From Clostridia bacterium (lineage in GTDB: Bacteria; UBA6262; WVXT01; JAUXBS01): a stretch of 40,404 bases of DNA. The DNA lies in assembly GCA_030618495.1 (NCBI GenBank), contig JAUXDE010000001.1, forward strand, positions 1 through 40,404, written 5' to 3'. Numbering within the stretch: position 1 is the first letter of the stretch; every line of letters begins with the position of its first letter. Below the pieces are notes generated by a model. That model worked only from the letters and a program-made list of their open reading frames with translations, was not told the DNA's origin and searched no databases. Position numbers and translations under genes: made by a program. Shown in pieces: positions 7,731 to 17,193 of this stretch.

Positions 7731-9890
7731 CTATTTCTCCATCAGCCTGGTAAATACCTCGTCAAGTGAAGTGATGCCCGCCTTTGCCTTGCCTATACCG
7801 TCATCAAAAAGGGATATCATATTATTCTCAATGGCAATCTTGTTTATAACTTCAGCGGGTGATTTTTTGTTTATTTCCTCCCTTATAGCATCGTTCAGAG
7901 TCAACAACTCATGGACACCTATCCTGCCCTTGTATCCCGTATCGTTGCATTTCTCGCATCCCACCGGCCCGTAGAACTGAACGTCATCCGCTATGTTGTA
8001 TTTCTTGCGGGTTTCGGGAGTTACGTCCACGGGCTTCTTGCACTTCTGGCAGAGCCGTCTTAAGAGCCTCTGGGCGCAAACGCCGAGAACGGTTCCCGAA
8101 ACCAGGAACGGCTCAATACCCATTTCAATGAATCTCGTAACGGTTGTCGCGGCATCGTTGGTATGAAGGGTTGAGAAAAGCAGATGCCCCGTCAGGGCAG
8201 CTTCCACGGCAATTTCGGCGGTCTCCAAATCGCGGATTTCACCCACCAGGATAACATCCGGGTCCTGGCGGAGGAAACAGCGAAGCGCAGCGGAGAAGGT
8301 AAGCCCTATTTCCCTCTTCATCTGCATCTGGTTCACACCCCTTAGCATAAATTCAACCGGGTCTTCCGCCGTCTGGATGTTTATATCCGGCTTGTTGATT
8401 TCATTGATTGCCGCATACAATGTGCTCGTCTTACCGCTTCCCGTCGGGCCGACATGCAGTATCATGCCGTACGGTTTTTTGATAAGCTCCTTGTAAAGCT
8501 TTTCATTATGCTCAGAGTATCCCATCTGAGCAAGGCCCAGAAGACTTCCGGAAATATCAAGTATCCTCATGCATATCTTCTCGCCCCAGATCAGTGGAGC
8601 GATACTCACGCGGAGCTCAATGTCAATATTCTTCCTTGTGAAGTTCTTAAATTTTATCCTCCCGTCCTGGGGAAGGCGTTTTTCGGCGATATTCAGGTCC
8701 GACATAATTTTAAGCCTTGCCGTCAAGGCCCGCGAGGACTTGCTGGGCAATTTCAGAACCTCCTGGCACACACCGTCTATCCTGAACCTTATCAGGACCT
8801 CCTTTTCAAAGGGTTCAACATGAATATCGCTTGCCCCCTTGAAATAAGCATCCTCGATTATCTGGTTGGCGAGTTTAATAATGGGAGCGCTGTCCTCGGT
8901 TACCGCGTCACCCACATCCATCACTTCCACCCCATGTTCAGCGCCGTACTGTTCCCCCACCTCGCTTGCCGCATCTCCCATACCGGAGGACTGGCCTTCA
9001 CCAATACTGTTTAGAAAATCATCAATAATCTTTCTTATGCCGCTTTTGGTGCTTACAACAATTTCCTTCACCTTGAATCCCGTGGCAATTTCCCAGCTCT
9101 CAATCTGCTGATACTCAAGAGGGTTTTCAAGGACGACCCTGAGGTTCTGTCCGGAGATTTTCTTTACCGGGAAAATGGGATACCGCTTATAATGTTCAGG
9201 CCCTATAATATTCATCAGCGCCTTGTCCACCTCAAAATCCTTCAACACATCTAAAAACGGGTGCTTGGTCAACTGGGCCACGTATGAGGCAAGTTCCTCT
9301 TCCGGGAATGCAGTATCAGGAAAATTAACCTTGTTGATAATCCTTGCTGAATAATTTGCCACTTCCTCAAGGAATAACAGGTCCTCCTCGACAAAGAAGG
9401 TAATTCCTTCCGCACCGAATTTATTAAGAACCTGTATCGCCCCGATAACCTTGTCCGCAACCTTCAACGGGACAGTCATCATGGATTTGGTTTCAAAGCC
9501 TGTCTTGCAGTCTATCTGGGAATAAAAATTGGGGTCCGACTTGGCATCCTGGCAGAAATATGACTTGCCTGAATTGATAACCTTGCCGATTATACCCTTG
9601 TCCTTGTCCAGGGTAACCTTTTCCATCTCCTCTTTTTTCTCGGTAAATGCTTTTTCTAATTCCTCATCACCCTCATAGAGGACACTTGAATAATACACCT
9701 TAGAAAAATGCACCTTATCATCTTTGCCAAGCATGAACAGGGTAATCGCAAGAGCGCTTATGGAATGAACTACCTTCTGGATGGTAATATTAAGCACATC
9801 ACCAAGGTCTTCTGCTGTTACAGACTTCTTGGCGATAAGGTTCTTAATAAGAGGTTTAATAATTGCGTCTAAATTGTCCTGCAGAGCCAT
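7731..9890 (-). CDS. GspE/PilB-family secretion ATPase with N-terminal GAF domain (GAF + T2SSE_N + ATPase + C-terminal tetracysteine)
   Basis: 719 aa. Residues 1-190 have a GAF-like fold pattern. Then comes a GspE_N/MshEN-like domain. Walker A is GPTGSGKTST. A C-terminal CxxC...CxxC zinc motif is present (CQKCKKP...CEKCNDTGYKGRIGVHE). Confidence 0.85.
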   Translation of the reverse strand: MALQDNLDAIIKPLIKNLIAKKSVTAEDLGDVLNITIQKVVHSISALAITLFMLGKDDKVHFSKVYYSSVLYEGDEELEKAFTEKKEEMEKVTLDKDKGIIGKVINSGKSYFCQDAKSDPNFYSQIDCKTGFETKSMMTVPLKVADKVIGAIQVLNKFGAEGITFFVEEDLLFLEEVANYSARIINKVNFPDTAFPEEELASYVAQLTKHPFLDVLKDFEVDKALMNIIGPEHYKRYPIFPVKKISGQNLRVVLENPLEYQQIESWEIATGFKVKEIVVSTKSGIRKIIDDFLNSIGEGQSSGMGDAASEVGEQYGAEHGVEVMDVGDAVTEDSAPIIKLANQIIEDAYFKGASDIHVEPFEKEVLIRFRIDGVCQEVLKLPSKSSRALTARLKIMSDLNIAEKRLPQDGRIKFKNFTRKNIDIELRVSIAPLIWGEKICMRILDISGSLLGLAQMGYSEHNEKLYKELIKKPYGMILHVGPTGSGKTSTLYAAINEINKPDINIQTAEDPVEFMLRGVNQMQMKREIGLTFSAALRCFLRQDPDVILVGEIRDLETAEIAVEAALTGHLLFSTLHTNDAATTVTRFIEMGIEPFLVSGTVLGVCAQRLLRRLCQKCKKPVDVTPETRKKYNIADDVQFYGPVGCEKCNDTGYKGRIGVHELLTLNDAIREEINKKSPAEVINKIAIENNMISLFDDGIGKAKAGITSLDEVFTRLMEK

Positions 9891-9969
9891 TTCTATATCC
9901 TTAGAATAACGATTTTTCCCGAAAAGTAATTTATATTATAATATTCTTATGAAATTTGCAAACAAATAA

Positions 9970-10965
9970 TCAGCTGACAAGCTCCCTTAACTTATTTACC
10001 TGGCTCACCGAGCCGAGTACAATCAATGAATCATTTTCGTTCAGTTTCTGACTTGAATGGGGATTATACAAATACTTGTCATTTTTATTATCCTTTACCG
10101 CAATAACTATGAGCCCTGTCTTCCTGGGCACTTCAACCTCCCCCAGCGTCAATCCTGCCATCTTTGAATCAGCCGGTACAGCTACCTCCTCTATTCTCAG
10201 CGAATCTCCCTTCTCCCGGAGCATCGTATCAAGAAAAGTCGTTACGGCGGGCCTTAACATCTCAGAAGCTATGCGCATCCCACCGATGAAATTGGTGGAA
10301 ACTATATGATCGGCTCCAGCCTTCTTGAGTTTATGAATGGATTCCTCCTCCGTAGCTTTTGATACGATTTTTAACCTGGGATTAAGTTCTCTTGCAGTAA
10401 GAACCACGAAGAGATTGTCTTTATCCTCGGGAAGCACAGTAATCAACCCCTTTGCCCTGTTAATACCTGCATTCAGCAGGACAGAGTCCTCGCTTGCATC
10501 GCCTTCAACCCATAAAAACTTATCCTTTACCTTCTTGATATTTTCATCATCCTTTTCAACAACCACGAAACTTCTCCCGGTTCTAATGAACTCTTCAATT
10601 ACATATTTTCCCACCATTCCGGCGCCGCAAATAACGTAATGGTCATTTAATTTACTTATATTTCTATCCATCCTGGTCCTCCTTATAATGTTCATAAGCT
10701 GCCCTTCAACGATGAATGCAGTTACGGAACTAACACCGTACAATAAAATCCCCATGCCTACAACTATCAGCACCATCGTGAACACCCTTCCCCCGGAGGA
10801 AAGCGTGTTCACCTCGCTGAACCCCACGGTTGTAAGCGTTATTACCGTCATGTAAGAAGCATCAAGGAAAGTCCATCCCTCTATTACCATAAAACCGACG
10901 CTTCCGCAAATGAAAACAATAACCAGGGCAAGAAAAGTAATTACAAGTCTCTTCTGTAATGACAT
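9970..10965 (-). CDS. Two-TM pore-loop cation channel with cytoplasmic RCK (TrkA-N/TrkA-C) gating domains; atypical filter TVGFSE
   Basis: 331 aa with TM1-pore-TM2 topology. The pore loop LTTVGFSE sits where K channels carry TVGYG. It is followed by GxGxxG (ICGAGMVGK) Rossmann RCK and TrkA-C regions. Confidence 0.75.
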   Translation of the reverse strand: MSLQKRLVITFLALVIVFICGSVGFMVIEGWTFLDASYMTVITLTTVGFSEVNTLSSGGRVFTMVLIVVGMGILLYGVSSVTAFIVEGQLMNIIRRTRMDRNISKLNDHYVICGAGMVGKYVIEEFIRTGRSFVVVEKDDENIKKVKDKFLWVEGDASEDSVLLNAGINRAKGLITVLPEDKDNLFVVLTARELNPRLKIVSKATEEESIHKLKKAGADHIVSTNFIGGMRIASEMLRPAVTTFLDTMLREKGDSLRIEEVAVPADSKMAGLTLGEVEVPRKTGLIVIAVKDNKNDKYLYNPHSSQKLNENDSLIVLGSVSQVNKLRELVS

Positions 10966-11016
10966 GAACCAAAACCCCTTCTATCCCGTACCGTGTTTTT
11001 TTGTGGTATAGGATAA

Positions 11017-11089
11017 AGCTGACGGAGGGACTCGAACCCACGACCTGAGGTTTACAAAACCCCTGCTCTACCAGCTGAGCTACGTCAGC
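11017..11089 (-). tRNA. tRNA-Thr (anticodon UGU)
   Basis: The reverse complement folds as a cloverleaf: acceptor GCTGACG/CGTCAGC, D arm GCTC/GAGC, anticodon stem GGGGT/ACCTC with loop TTTGTAA, T loop TTCGAGT. There is one U-U mismatch in the T stem. No encoded CCA. Confidence 0.75.
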
Positions 11090-11216
11090 GTTAAATAAGC
11101 AATAAATTTATAGCATTTATTTTATTACTTTACAAGATAAGTTTTTAAATAATGAGGTGTATATAAAGGTGTCCATCAATGCTCATTTTATTTTCTTCTG
11201 AAGCCGCTCTCCAATG

Positions 11217-12509
11217 CTATTTTGTTATCAGCCCGGCCACTTTCTTGGCTAGTCTGATTGCATCATTCAAAGTCCTGTCAGCAGGATACATTTGAGCAGA
11301 ATCTATCAGGAAAAGGTTTTTAACGGGCGTGTTATGTTCCGGTACGACTTCCAGGAAATTTTTATGACAGATAGGCTGGGCATAAGGATCCCTGAAAACC
11401 TTATAATCTTCTATCCAGTCTTCAGAAAATTCCGGGTTTATTATTTTCAGGTAACCACTATACTCCTTCAACAGCTGTTCGTCCGTATATGAATACCTTT
11501 CCTCCCTGGTATCCAGGTAATAAGGAATATAAAGGATACTGCCACCTCTAAACTGTTTGCATGCATTCAGATTAGAGTATTCCACCATGCCGTTTACGGC
11601 TATTCGCTCGTCATTTATATTAAGCCAGAAATTGTCAGTAAAAGATTTTTTCAGTTTCAGAATCATGCAAACAACACCTATGTAAACTATTCTATTAAAA
11701 GAATTAACATAGTCCGGATGACCGGGCAGGAGTTTCATTAATTCAGGAAGCGGCATGGTTGAAATTACATAATCAAAATTCCAGGATTTCTTGCCTGCTT
11801 CAAGTCCTCTTACCCTGCCTTTTTCCTCAACTATTTTACTTATCGTCGTCTGTGTATGTATCCTGCCTCCATTTTTCTTTATTTCCCCGACAAGAGTATC
11901 AACCAGAAGCTTCGACCCCTTGTCTATGCATCCCAGAACCTGGGTACTTAAGAATCCTTTTCTCGATTTTGAAATCCTGTATATCCTGTGCCATATCCAC
12001 GCTGCTGAAATCTTATCATGATACTTGCCAAACTTTATGCTTAACAGCGGATTCCATATCTCATTATATGCATCTAATCCAATCTGTTTTATCAGCCAAT
12101 CCCTCGCAGGAATAGAATCCAGCTTGCGCCAGTTCTTCATGTTCCTGGAAAACACCATATTCAACCCGATTTTTAATTTACTCGAAAAACTTACCGGCCC
12201 GAAATTAATTAAATCCCCGGGGTTCGTAAATGGAAATAATTTTCCCCTGACAAAATAACCCGTATTTGCCTTCCTCCAGCACAGGTTTTTCTCCAATCCC
12301 AATTGTTTGCAAAACTCAACCAGGTATTTATCAGAACCGCATATAAAATGATAATATCTCTCAATAAAATCTCCCCCGAAATTAAAACTACTCGCAAAGC
12401 CACCCATTTCTTTTTCTTTTTCAAAAAGAGTTACCTCATGCATTTGTTTGGATAATTCGTAAGCAGCGGTCAAACCTGCTATTCCTCCGCCTATAATCCC
12501 TACTCTCAT
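11217..12509 (-). CDS. FAD/NAD(P)-binding oxidoreductase (amine-oxidase / protoporphyrinogen-oxidase-like fold)
   Basis: 430 aa with N-terminal dinucleotide-binding motif GIIGGGIAGLTAAYEL...FEKE..GG. Confidence 0.7.
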   Translation of the reverse strand: MRVGIIGGGIAGLTAAYELSKQMHEVTLFEKEKEMGGFASSFNFGGDFIERYYHFICGSDKYLVEFCKQLGLEKNLCWRKANTGYFVRGKLFPFTNPGDLINFGPVSFSSKLKIGLNMVFSRNMKNWRKLDSIPARDWLIKQIGLDAYNEIWNPLLSIKFGKYHDKISAAWIWHRIYRISKSRKGFLSTQVLGCIDKGSKLLVDTLVGEIKKNGGRIHTQTTISKIVEEKGRVRGLEAGKKSWNFDYVISTMPLPELMKLLPGHPDYVNSFNRIVYIGVVCMILKLKKSFTDNFWLNINDERIAVNGMVEYSNLNACKQFRGGSILYIPYYLDTREERYSYTDEQLLKEYSGYLKIINPEFSEDWIEDYKVFRDPYAQPICHKNFLEVVPEHNTPVKNLFLIDSAQMYPADRTLNDAIRLAKKVAGLITK

Positions 12510-12588
12510 CGCATATTCCTTTAATTTGCTGATTTGTTAACACTGCAGGACAAGAGGCCGACTGTTTCCTTCACATCGGCAATACCCT

Positions 12589-13536
12589 TTATTCTTTCGA
12601 AAACAGCACACTTATGTTCCTGATGTTTTGCTCCATTATCGAAAAATAGTCCCTGCCGTTTCTTGAATCTTCTCCCGACAGCGCTTCCACCGGAGAAAAT
12701 TCAATACTCCTGACGCCGGATTTTTCCAGAAAATATTTTTCAACTTCGCCCCCGGGGTAACTCTCCCATACCAGGTGCCGGATTTTATGTTTTTTTACGA
12801 AATCCCTGAAATGCCCCATGGAATGTCCCGTGGGCATCTTCTCCGGGTCAAAATCAAACGATTTCATTTTCCACCCGTACCTTCTTGCGATGTAATTATA
12901 CGCCGGGTGCGAAGCGGCAAGCATCCGGCCATTATACTTTCCCGCAAGCTCCCTGAACATGTTATCAAGTTTATCCAGCTTCCCGCACAGTTTGCCGTAA
13001 TTATTATTGTATTCTTTTTTATGGGCAGGGTCCTTTCTGATAAGAGCCTTCATGATAACCTCAGCCTGTTTCTTTGCAAGCACCGGGTCCATCCAGGTAT
13101 GGCCGTCTATCCCCGCATGCGTATGACTGCCCTCACTGCCGTGGCTGTGTGTTATGGTACCCTTGATTTCTATAAGGTTGTCTTCAAACGGTTTCGCGGT
13201 ATTTACTATCTTATCCTCCGGCAACATGACCTTCTTCACCCACTTCTCAAAACCTGCCCCGTTTATCACTATGAGGTCCGCTTTTTCCTGGTATTCCCTT
13301 ATAATCTCCCTTGATGGCATCCAGAACACAGGATCAGCGTCTTCAGGCAGGGGATTTACCACCTTCACGTAGTCACCCCCTATTATCCCGGAAAACTCAC
13401 AGGTAGGGTAAAATGTCGCATATATAACTATTTTTTTTCCGGAAGTTCCCGCTTTCTTTTCAGCGGCAGGCCCCCCGCAACCTGAAACCAGGCTCACAAC
13501 AAGCACAATGACAATCATTGGCAGTATTTTTTTCAT
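12589..13536 (-). CDS. ZnuA/TroA-family metal-binding lipoprotein (cluster-9 SBP) with His-rich loop
   Basis: 315 aa with lipobox LVSGCGG. His/acidic-rich loop is THSHGSEGSHTHAGIDGHTWMDP. TroA-like fold pattern. No ZnuB/ZnuC-type partners in the window. Confidence 0.75.
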   Translation of the reverse strand: MKKILPMIVIVLVVSLVSGCGGPAAEKKAGTSGKKIVIYATFYPTCEFSGIIGGDYVKVVNPLPEDADPVFWMPSREIIREYQEKADLIVINGAGFEKWVKKVMLPEDKIVNTAKPFEDNLIEIKGTITHSHGSEGSHTHAGIDGHTWMDPVLAKKQAEVIMKALIRKDPAHKKEYNNNYGKLCGKLDKLDNMFRELAGKYNGRMLAASHPAYNYIARRYGWKMKSFDFDPEKMPTGHSMGHFRDFVKKHKIRHLVWESYPGGEVEKYFLEKSGVRSIEFSPVEALSGEDSRNGRDYFSIMEQNIRNISVLFSKE

Positions 13537-13556
13537 TTTCAGCTCCTCTTATAGTG

Positions 13557-14723
13557 TTAAATAAACTGCAAATACTTTACAAAAGCAACAAGGACGTTAA
13601 CAGCAACCACACTCATTCCAAAACTTATAAGGACGATTGTAAACATCTGGGTAAAGAGTATGAAGAATATTGTGTATTTACTGCTCCCTATCATCTGCAT
13701 TATATGCCTCTCGCTCTTTCTTATCTGAAGGGACAGCGTAATTATCAGTGCCAGGAATAACACCGTTGACAGGAACACGAGAAAGAAGTAGGAACTCAGT
13801 ATTTTCTGGACATTGAACACCAGTTTCATCAGGTTACCGATTATCCCTTCGGGTGTCACCGCCTGCAATGTTTCCGAAAGATTAATATTTGCCTGGAGAA
13901 TGGTCTTCTTCCTGGCGGTCTCCGGTATAACAATAATTCCCGTAAGGGGGAATCTTCCCGGGTCCCCGTGGAAATGAAACGAATCGATATTCTCCGGGGT
14001 AATCCTTGTATATTCATAAACGCTCGGGCTTCCGACTATATTATCCCTGTCCCTTGACAGTATGTCTATATCCTCCGCCTTTTTCAGATCCTTATGCCCG
14101 TGGCCTATCCCGTCTATCACCCACGTGGTCTTGATACCGGTAAAAATAACATTGTCATCCGGCGAGTTGCTTTTCTCAAGAACCCCGACAATCGACATCT
14201 GCAGGGGGTACATCGAGGAAATATTGTAAAGGCTCCCCGTATCGGTAATAATTGAATCCCCCGCCCCCAGCCCTAGTTTTCTCGAAACATTGAAACCCAG
14301 CACCGCGTCGCCCAGTACCTGCATACTGCTGCCGCTGCGCACTGCCAGGCTCCTTAGCCCGAAGTACTCCAGTGTCGTCCCGATCACCGGGTACCCCCTG
14401 GCGGTATACTTGTTGTACAGGGGAATAACCCTTCCGGCATTTTTCCCCGCAATATCCTCATACACGCTGTACTGCATTATATCAGGCGTGTCCGCTTTGA
14501 AGTAAAGAGTGTTCAGTACCAGCTGCAACGACCCGCCCTTGCGTCCTATTACAAGCGGTGTCTCCATAGCCCTTCGCGAGAGTATCTCATTGGCAAGGTT
14601 GCTTATCCTAACCGTAAACATCGGAATGAATATGCTGATGGTGATACATACAACCAGGATTATAGACATCAGCCTGTTATACTTCAGGTAATTAATTGCC
14701 AGTTTAAATATTTTTTTTATCAA
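13557..14723 (-). CDS. ABC transporter permease, FtsX/MacB/LolE type (4 TM with large periplasmic MacB_PCD domain)
   Basis: 388 aa with an N-terminal TM, an approximately 230-aa periplasmic domain and three C-terminal TMs. Confidence 0.8.
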   Translation of the reverse strand: MIKKIFKLAINYLKYNRLMSIILVVCITISIFIPMFTVRISNLANEILSRRAMETPLVIGRKGGSLQLVLNTLYFKADTPDIMQYSVYEDIAGKNAGRVIPLYNKYTARGYPVIGTTLEYFGLRSLAVRSGSSMQVLGDAVLGFNVSRKLGLGAGDSIITDTGSLYNISSMYPLQMSIVGVLEKSNSPDDNVIFTGIKTTWVIDGIGHGHKDLKKAEDIDILSRDRDNIVGSPSVYEYTRITPENIDSFHFHGDPGRFPLTGIIVIPETARKKTILQANINLSETLQAVTPEGIIGNLMKLVFNVQKILSSYFFLVFLSTVLFLALIITLSLQIRKSERHIMQMIGSSKYTIFFILFTQMFTIVLISFGMSVVAVNVLVAFVKYLQFI

Positions 14724-14726
14724 TCT

Positions 14727-15395
14727 CTATTCCCTGTCCTTATTGACCTTGTTAATATCAATAACCTTTCCGAAGTGCTTCATCAATGATACGTTATGAG
14801 TGACAAACAGCAGGGTGGCTTTGTTTTCTTCCACCACGTCCATCAGGAGGTTCATTATAACCTCAGCCGTTTTCACGTCAAGGTTACCCGTCGCCTCATC
14901 GCCAATAACGATATCAGGCCCCGTTACCAGCGCCCTCGCAATCGCTACCCTCTGCTTTTCCCCCTGGGAAAGCCGGGCAATATAACTCCTGCTCTTATTC
15001 CCTATATCCAGCCTGCGCAGAATAAAATCAACCTTCTTGCGCACCTTTCCATCCACATTAAGTCCCGGACTTATGTAAAAGGGCAGCAGAACATTATCCT
15101 CAACGTTCAGGTAATCAATAAGCCCGAAATCCTGGAATATGTACCCAATATTCCTTATCCTGAAATTCCTTATTTCCCTGTCGTTCTTCCTGTTGATTTC
15201 CATCTCGTTTATCCTGACCGTCCCGCTTATCGGCTTGTAAATGCCGGTTATAATATTTAAAAGGGTGGTCTTGCCCGACCCGCTGGGCCCGATGATACAG
15301 CACTTCTGGCGGTCTTCTATCCGCAGTTCTTCAATTTCAAGCTTGAAATCCGATTCTCCGGGATACCTGAATAATAGGTTTTTTATAAGTATCAT
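14727..15395 (-). CDS. ABC transporter ATP-binding protein (MacB/LolD-like)
   Basis: Walker A GPSGSGKTTL, ABC signature LSQGEKQRVAIARAL, Walker B IVIGDEATGNLD. Confidence 0.9.
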   Translation of the reverse strand: MILIKNLLFRYPGESDFKLEIEELRIEDRQKCCIIGPSGSGKTTLLNIITGIYKPISGTVRINEMEINRKNDREIRNFRIRNIGYIFQDFGLIDYLNVEDNVLLPFYISPGLNVDGKVRKKVDFILRRLDIGNKSRSYIARLSQGEKQRVAIARALVTGPDIVIGDEATGNLDVKTAEVIMNLLMDVVEENKATLLFVTHNVSLMKHFGKVIDINKVNKDRE

Positions 15396-15973
15396 AAGGG
15401 CTGTCTCACTTTTTCTATAACGATTTTCTCGTCCACCTGTATTCCGTCCGGGTCATAATACCTTTTGGGAAAGATTATCCGCTCACCGCTTAAAATCTGC
15501 GTCCTGACAACCTTCCAGTCTTTATCGACCCTGCACTTCTTCAACTTGTATATTGCCTCATACGTGTTTATCCTGTTATGCTCATGAAGCAGATGCTTGA
15601 CCAGTCCGAATACCCTCCATTTAATATATACCTTGATATATTTTTTCCTTCTTTTTTCTATAATGATTTTCTCATAGTCTATTTTCTGAATATAATTCCG
15701 GTACCCCTGGGCTTCGAACTCCCTTATCGTCCTTAAGAATACAAAGAACTGTTCTTCAAGCTCTTCACCCATAAAACTGTAAGCCAGGCAGTTGTAAATC
15801 TCGTTATCCTCTGAATAATCAAATGCCTTGTATATATTGCCGTGAAGCTCCTTCAGGTTGTTAATGAATTCCTCTTCATTGAATTCCCCGCCACTCCACC
15901 CTGAAGCAAGAATCGTGATTACCAGAATAATTATTCCTGTCCGTTTCCTGTTTATAACCATTTCATTCAACAC
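15392..15973 (-). CDS. Membrane-anchored hypothetical protein (N-terminal TM, periplasmic domain)
   Basis: 193 aa. Its stop overlaps the start of the ABC ATPase gene by 4 nt. No recognisable domain. Confidence 0.55.
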   Translation of the reverse strand: MLNEMVINRKRTGIIILVITILASGWSGGEFNEEEFINNLKELHGNIYKAFDYSEDNEIYNCLAYSFMGEELEEQFFVFLRTIREFEAQGYRNYIQKIDYEKIIIEKRRKKYIKVYIKWRVFGLVKHLLHEHNRINTYEAIYKLKKCRVDKDWKVVRTQILSGERIIFPKRYYDPDGIQVDEKIVIEKVRQPL

Positions 15974-16047
15974 CTAATTATCCTTGCAACAGCGCCCTTT
16001 GGGAGTTTCTCACCATTTCACAAACATTCTTTCCTGCGACTAGTGCT

Positions 16048-17193
16048 TCATTTATCCCCGCTGTATGGTTTCTTGCTTATAATGGGACAATCCGGATCAG
16101 GAGAATTGAAATCCCCCGTTTCAAACTCCGCTATCACATGACACCCCCCCCTGCAGATTTCAAGGTACCCGCACTCACGGCAGGGAGAAGGGGCATTCCT
16201 GACCCAATTGCGAAACCGCTTCATGCTCCTTGAATCATGCCACAGGCGCTTCACATCGCCTTCCCACTTCTTTCTGCCGTGGCTGGCAAATGAACATCCT
16301 GCGAATCTCCCGTCAGAGAAAATCGACAGCAGTACGTCCCCCGCATAACAACCGTAAACGGCATACTTCTCCATCTCACTCCTGTCAGGATTATGGAAAC
16401 ATATCATCGGGATAAAGGAACAGTCTATTTTTACCGGAACCCCGTGTTTCTCGGAAATCCTCATTACGTGCGGGAAAAAACTCCTGTTCTGCCTGTCGTT
16501 GAGTTTCATCTTATAATACAGCTCCCTGCCCCTGCCTGAAGGCTTGAACCGCAACAACTCCACATCGTGAAGCCCATGACGGCTGGCATACTTAAACACT
16601 TCATCCAGCCTGTTGTAATTCAAGCTTGAAACCATGCAGTTTACACCGGTCTTTACCCCGGCTTTTTTTAACCTCCTTACCGCTGAATCCGCCATACTGA
16701 AATTCTCTTCATCCAGACTGTTTATGCTGATATTCACCTGACCGAATATCCTGCATTTTTCCGCAATTATTTCGTTCACATAGTAACCGTTTGTCGTGAG
16801 GTTCGGAACTATACCCACCTTCCTGGCATACTTGGCAATACTGAAAAAATCACGCCTGCTGAACGCCTCCCCTCCGCCCAGCGCCACATGGAAAACACCC
16901 ATCCCCGAGAGAGAGTCCAGCACTTTCCTGCATGAATTCAAATCCAGTTCGTCCTGCCTGCAGTCACCGGAATCCATATAGCAGTGCCGGCACTTTACGG
17001 GACAGGCATTGGTCACCGAGAAATGGACTTCAGTCGGCGCAGACAGGTAATTCCTTTTCTTTTTCCACTCAGGTGATTCGCCAAGCCCGAGCTCGCGCAT
17101 GCAGTCCCTGTCCACAAAGGCAAGCATCGGCGGGCTTTCAATCGAGATGATACCCCCAAAAGCTTCAAACCTGTAACGTAACGGCTTGCTCAT
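16048..17193 (-). CDS. Radical SAM enzyme with C-terminal SPASM auxiliary-cluster domain (peptide/protein-modifying maturase family)
   Basis: 381 aa: CPVKCRHC radical-SAM triad, GGGEA motif. The C-terminal Cys-rich segment CRECGYLEICRGGCHVIAEFETGDFNSPDPDCP closely resembles the SPASM domain of MftC/PqqE/anSME-type enzymes. The N-terminal RFEAFGGIISIE... resembles the start of a PqqD-like recognition element. Confidence 0.8.
   Translation of the reverse strand: MSKPLRYRFEAFGGIISIESPPMLAFVDRDCMRELGLGESPEWKKKRNYLSAPTEVHFSVTNACPVKCRHCYMDSGDCRQDELDLNSCRKVLDSLSGMGVFHVALGGGEAFSRRDFFSIAKYARKVGIVPNLTTNGYYVNEIIAEKCRIFGQVNISINSLDEENFSMADSAVRRLKKAGVKTGVNCMVSSLNYNRLDEVFKYASRHGLHDVELLRFKPSGRGRELYYKMKLNDRQNRSFFPHVMRISEKHGVPVKIDCSFIPMICFHNPDRSEMEKYAVYGCYAGDVLLSIFSDGRFAGCSFASHGRKKWEGDVKRLWHDSRSMKRFRNWVRNAPSPCRECGYLEICRGGCHVIAEFETGDFNSPDPDCPIISKKPYSGDK

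Noticed and set aside
8454-9111. Plus-strand ORFs inside the secretion-ATPase gene (8454-9014 and others); similar antisense ORFs inside dnaX (33624-34280), the OMP gene (35068-35907), the ZnuA-like gene (12775-13314) and rplL (37738-38157)
   Set aside because: All are embedded antisense in genes with strong homology-based support and have compositionally biased translations. They are typical shadow ORFs.
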